From Candidatus Parcubacteria bacterium (GTDB lineage: Bacteria; Patescibacteriota; Minisyncoccia; Phycocordibacterales; Phycocordibacteraceae), in assembly GCA_034666125.1 (NCBI GenBank), contig JAXDML010000010.1:52260-116259 (forward strand): a stretch of DNA of 64,000 nucleotides, read 5' to 3'. Shown piece after piece: positions 10,801 through 16,800 of the stretch (positions are counted from its first letter, which is position 1; every line of letters starts with the position of its first letter). The notes below the pieces were generated by a model. The model saw only the letters and a list, made by a program, of their open reading frames with translations. It did no database searches and was not told where the DNA came from. Position numbers and translations under genes: made by a program.

Positions 10801-13800
10801 CCATACAGGCAGGTGCGATCCCGTATGGAAACGGTACGGGAGCGCTTGCGACCACGACTGCGGGCACCAACGGAAATATCCTCGCCCTCTTGAACGGCAT
10901 TCCGACCTGGACCTCGACCTCGACATTCCTGCTTGAGACGGAAGTCGATACCGAAGCCGAACTCGAGACGCTCCTCACCGATGTTACGAACGTCTTCACG
11001 AACAACGACGGCGCTCTTGCTGACGACGACCTCACTAATAACTCCATCGAAGACCTCTCGGACGTCGCCGCCATGACCGAGAACTATGGCGACCTGCTCT
11101 ATTGGAACGGAACCGCGTGGGCGGATATCGCCACTAGTTCCCTCGGCCTCGTGACAAGCGCGCTCACCTCGATCGGTCCGGCAGGGCAGCAACAGACCGG
11201 TCCTGCCATCACCCTCGCAAGCTCCACTGCAGGAACGGACTTCACCATCACCGCCGCAGGGAACACAGTGACGTTCAATCTCCCGACCGCTTCGGCTACG
11301 AATCGTGGCTTGCTATCAAGCGCCGATTGGTCGACCTTCAACGGCAAGGAGAACGTGCTTTCCTTCACCTATCCGCTGGTGCGCACGGTTAACAACATCT
11401 CCCTCGCCTTCGGCACGACGACCTCGAACACCTGGGCGGGCACCCAGACGTTCAACAACCTCGTCGCCACGAACGCAACCACGACTTCCTTCGCTATCGG
11501 AAGCGATTACATCACCGACCTCACAGGCTCCGGTCTCACGGTGACCGGAAACGCACTCACCCTCGACCGCACCGGCGACTGGACCGGTACCTTCGACGGC
11601 CAAGAAGGCACGTACTATCTCGCACGCGCCAATCACACCGGGACGCAACTGGCGAGTACGATCAGCGACTTCTCCGAAGCCACCGACGACCGCGTCGCCG
11701 TCCTCATCCAGAACGGCACCGGCATCTCGTGGAGCTACAACGACGGCGCGAACACGTTTACGCCGACCGTGACCCTCGCACCGTTCACCACAACCAACCT
11801 CGCGGAAGGCACGAACCTCTATTACACGGATGCACGGGTGAACAGCTATATCGCGGCCTCCACCACCATCCCGAAGACGTATACCTCTAATACGTTCACC
11901 GGGCTCCAGACCCTGAACGGAGGACTCACGCTCGGCACACTCAACGGCCCGCTCCAAGCGAACGTGGGCGTCGTCTCCGCAACGACCAGCATTGGCGTTC
12001 TGTATGGAGGAACCGGCCTCACTATCGCGCCGACGTACGGACAGCTCCTCGTGGGCAATGCCTCGGGAGGGTATACGCTGACGGCGACGTCGAGCTTGGG
12101 ACTGGCCTCCGCAGCGACCGCCTTCATCCAGAACGGCAACTCGTTCGGCGCGACCGCCGTACTTGGTACCAACGACGCGAACGACCTCCAGTTCGAGACG
12201 AGCGGTACGACGAAACTCACGATCCTCCAGAACGGCAACGTCGGCATCGGCACGACGACTCCGTCGAATCTTTTGCATGTCTTTTCTTCCTCCGCAAGCC
12301 CCCGTATTCGCGCAGAAACTTCACTCACGAGCGGATCGAGCGGATTTACCGCAGCAGGAGAAAGTACCACGGGTTTCGCGTCGTTCAGTTGGAATAATTC
12401 AGGCGCAGCGAATTCGACTTTCTTAACGTTACCGAATGCCGGACTCGTACGGGCAGGTTCAGGAGCATCCGGTGGGCTGGTTCTGGTCAATGAAAATACT
12501 TCCGCGCCCATTATCTTTGCGACGGGAGGAAGTTCCTTCAGCAACGAACGGTTGCGCATCGACAGCGCAGGCAATGTCGGTATCGGCACGACTACGCCGT
12601 TCACGATGCTTTCGGTAAATGGGAACATAGCAGGGAATCATCTCGTCCCGAACGGCGCCTACACGGATAACCTGTCTCCGTACGATCTCGGCGCGATCGG
12701 GAGCCGATGGAATGCGCTCTGGGCCGGAACGCTCAACATCGGCACAAGCACGTGGAGCATCAATAACGGGAGCGATGGAAGGCTCAGTGTGTTCGATGCG
12801 GCATCAGGCGGCGGCACTGAACGATTCTCAATACTTACGAACGGTAACGTCGGCATAGGCTCGACCACGCCATTCGCCAAACTGTCGCTTGCTGGGGGCA
12901 ATTTCTGGCAGACAGCCGGTGATCCGGTGATCGCAAGCAGTACTGACACGACCGCTGCGGTGAACGGAGTCTATGTCGCCGGCAGATATGCCTACCTGAC
13001 GCCGAACTCCGCGAGCCCCGGGCTCGTCATCATGGATGTTTCCAATCCGAGAAGTCCCGCTCAGGTCGGCTCAGCTAACACGACCGGTAACGCTAAGAGG
13101 GTCGTTGTTTCCGGAAGGTACGCCTACGTGCTCTCGGCTCGGCTACACATCTTCGACGTCACGAATCCGGCGAGCCCTTCCGCGGTGGGGAACTACAATC
13201 CCGGTGTCAACATACCGAACGACATATGGGTGTCGGGCAAGTACGCTTACCTCGCACGCAGTAACTTCAGCACGGGCGCCGGTTCCCTGGCCATCGTAGA
13301 CCTTTCGAATCCTGCACTCCCGATAGCGGTCAGTAGTATAAACTCTCCGGACAGCACACGGCCTTTCAATTCCATTTATGTATCGGGCAGATATGCCTAC
13401 GTCGGAACGACGGAAGTATCCGGCACCACGGGCAGGCTCTATATTTATGACATTTCGAATCCGACCGCACCGAGCCTTGTTGGAACCTTCAACGCGACCA
13501 ACCGCGTGACCGGCGTCTATGTTTCGGGCAGATATGCCTACTTATCAGGACTCGGAACGACGTCGGGGCTCGAGATCGTGGACGTTTCAAATCCCGCGTC
13601 CCCAGCGCTTGCCGGTTCCTTCAACACGGCGAATGACGCTATGCGCGTACAGGTGTCGGGCAACTACGCCTACATCGCCGAGGCCGGGACCACGGACGGT
13701 ATCGTCGTGGTCGACGTGTCGCAACCGGGCAGTCCAGTGCAGGTCGGGTCCTACACCACCGCCAATAGCGCCAATAACCTCTACGTGTCAGGCAAGTACA

Positions 13801-16800
13801 TCTACGTCGCGACCAACGGCACTACTGGCGGATTCCAGGTACTTGATGCGGGAGGAGCGCAGCTGCCGCTTGCAAGTATAGGAAATATAAATACCAACCT
13901 GCTTACAGTGGACGAGAACGCGAACTTCGGCGGCGAAATCTATGCGCAAGGCGGCATCAACGCCGGTATCTCCGGCATCTTCTCGCGTGGCACAATCTCC
14001 GCGTACGTCGCATCGTCGACTCAAACCAATCCCACGGTCGCCAACTTCATGGGTGGTTCGGTCGGCATCGGTACGACAACGCCATATGCGGCGCTTTCGG
14101 TGGTCGGGATCAACACCGCCGTGCCGACGCTCTCGATCAAACCGGCGGCGTCGCAAACAGCAAATATTCTCGACCTTTACACGTTCGGCTCACTTACGTC
14201 AGTCATCGATGCGGCGGGTAACTGGGGCATCAGTACCACCTCTCCCTGGAAAACGCTCTCGGTCGGTGGTGATTTTTCGCTCACTGGCGCGTTCTTTGAT
14301 AGTGGAGCATCCTCGGGGACGAACGGCATGGTGCTCCAGACCACCGGGTCGGGCACGCAATGGGTCGCCACTTCGTCGCTCGGCATCAGCGCCGGCCTCA
14401 CGGGCTCCGGCTGCTGCGGTCAGGTCGCGTATTGGAACGGTGCGAGTTCCCTTACCGGTGACGCGGCCTTCACGTTCGACGGCACGAACCTCTCGCTCGG
14501 TACCGGCCAGTACCTGGTCACCGATTCGGAAGGCGCTCCCGGCTACTCCTGGACGGGGGACACGACGACCGGCATATATCACGCGGGTGCCAGCACGATC
14601 GGCTTCTCGACCGGCGGGATCGAACGGATGCGCATAGACGGGAACGGCTATCTCGGCATATCGACGACATCGCCGGGACAGATGCTATCGGTGGAAGGAG
14701 ACGCATACATAAGCGGCGCCACGGTGATCGGGGATACCGGGCTTCCGCTCGTCGGTCCAGCGCTTACCGTGAACGGCTTTACGGGCATCGCTTCCTCATC
14801 GCCCTGGGGCCTGCTCTCGGTGAATCCGAACGCAATCGGTACCGCTCCCTCCTTCGTCGTCGGTTCCTCGAGCGCAACGAACTTCATTGTCGCGAACGGC
14901 GGCAGCGTGGGGATCGGTATGACGGCACCCTCATCGCGGTTCCAGGTGGCCGATATCAATAGGTTGTCGGGCACGTCGGTAAGTTCGGCCGGTTTTGGAA
15001 ACACGAATCTCTCGGTCTACACGACTGATGCAGCAGCTACCAACGTGGGAGCCGTCATTGGGCTCGGAGGAGCGAACCTATACGGCGGTCTGAAGGGCGC
15101 AAGTCAGAGCGGCACTTCAGCCGGATACCTTGGCTTCTATACGAATTCCTTCAGTATCATCACTGGGAACACGTTCGCAGAGCGAGCCCGTATAACGTCT
15201 AGCGGCCAGCTTGGCATCGGAACGACCACGCCGTTCGGCCTGCTGGCGGTCGCCGGGCCTATCGCTGGCAATCATATCATCCCGAATGGTCCATATACCG
15301 ATAATCTTTCTGCGTACGACCTTGGCGCAACCGGAAGCCGCTGGAACGCGCTGTGGGCCGGTACGGTCAATATCGGCACGAGTACCTGGAGCATCAATAA
15401 TGGCAGCGATGGACGACTATCGTTCTTCGACGCCGCATCGGGCGGCGGGAACGAGCGCCTCTCCCTGCTTACGAACGGGAATGTCGGCATCGGTACGACT
15501 AGTCCTGCGGCCCGTCTCGCCATTACAAGCAATGCAGCCATTACAAGCGATAGCATCGATACGTACTTAGCAAACACCGTGAATGCTGGAACTGTGTCGG
15601 GTACGGATCGACTTATTACTGGCAACTATACTACGCTTTCCCCTACAGTTACGCTTGAAGGCGCTACCCTAAGCGCTATCGCAAATAAAACACTAGTTAA
15701 TGCTGGAAACGTTACTCTTGGCAGTACCGCGCTCTCTGGTGTTTCAGGAAGTCTCATTGGAGACTCTATAGAAGTTACCGGGAGCCCCATATTTAACGAC
15801 CCGGATGGTAACGACGAGCTGAATGCCACGTTTATCGGAACCCAATCTTATGTCAACCTTGTACCCTCGGTTACCAGTGTCTCAGGCGGTAACCTAGCTT
15901 CGTATGGAGGATTGTTCACTAACTCTTCTTCCAACAGTAGCGGCAACCTTGGTGCCGGCGCGTACGGAGTTTCAGCGTTAGTAGGTGGCAACCCTCTTGT
16001 TAATGGATATCGTTACGGTTTTTATTCCACAGTTTCAGGTACATCTAACGAAAACACGGGTTACTGGGGAGCCGTTAGTGGAGGCACGGGTTCAAACTAC
16101 GGCTCAACTCTTATTGTCAGCGGTGGAGCCGTCAGTAATTACGGAAACTACGTGGGCATAAGCGGAGGTAATAACAATTACGGGTCGTATATATCCCTAC
16201 AAGCTAGTTCTACCAACTATGCGATTTATGCGACAGGTGGCGCGCAAAGCTATTTTTCTGGGAACGTCGGTATTGGTACCACCACTCCGTGGGCAACACT
16301 TGCGGTAAATCCAGTCGCTGGGGGAGCATCGAACGCTTTCGCCATCGGCTCTTCAACAGCTACGAGGTTCTTGGTGACTAACGGTGGAAATGTCGGTATC
16401 GGCACTACCACCCCAGGCACCCTCCTCTCGCTTGGAGACACCGGTGCGAACACAATCAATATTTCGGCTACGGCGACCTCGACATTCGGCAGCGGTATCA
16501 ACATCCGGACGGGCTGCTTTGCGGTGAACGGAGTGTGCGTCGGCGGAGGCGGAGGCGGGACGATAAACTCTGGAACGACCGGCCAGTTCCCGTACTACGC
16601 CGCGAACGGCACGACGCTCACGGCGACCTCGACGCTGCTCGTATCTACGGCATCGAACGTCGGTATCGGTACCACTACTCCTTCCGCACGACTCGCCATC
16701 ACGGGTACCGGTACGGGTACCGGACGAGCCTTCGCCATCGCGAACTCGTCCGACGCTGAACGGCTTTCGGTTCTCGATAACGGCAGTACCGCCATCATAA

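Noticed and set aside
4400-12100. CRISPR array
   Set aside because: The repeats are 170-230 bp protein-coding units in one reading frame. No short 25-40 bp direct repeats with unique spacers and no cas genes anywhere in the window.
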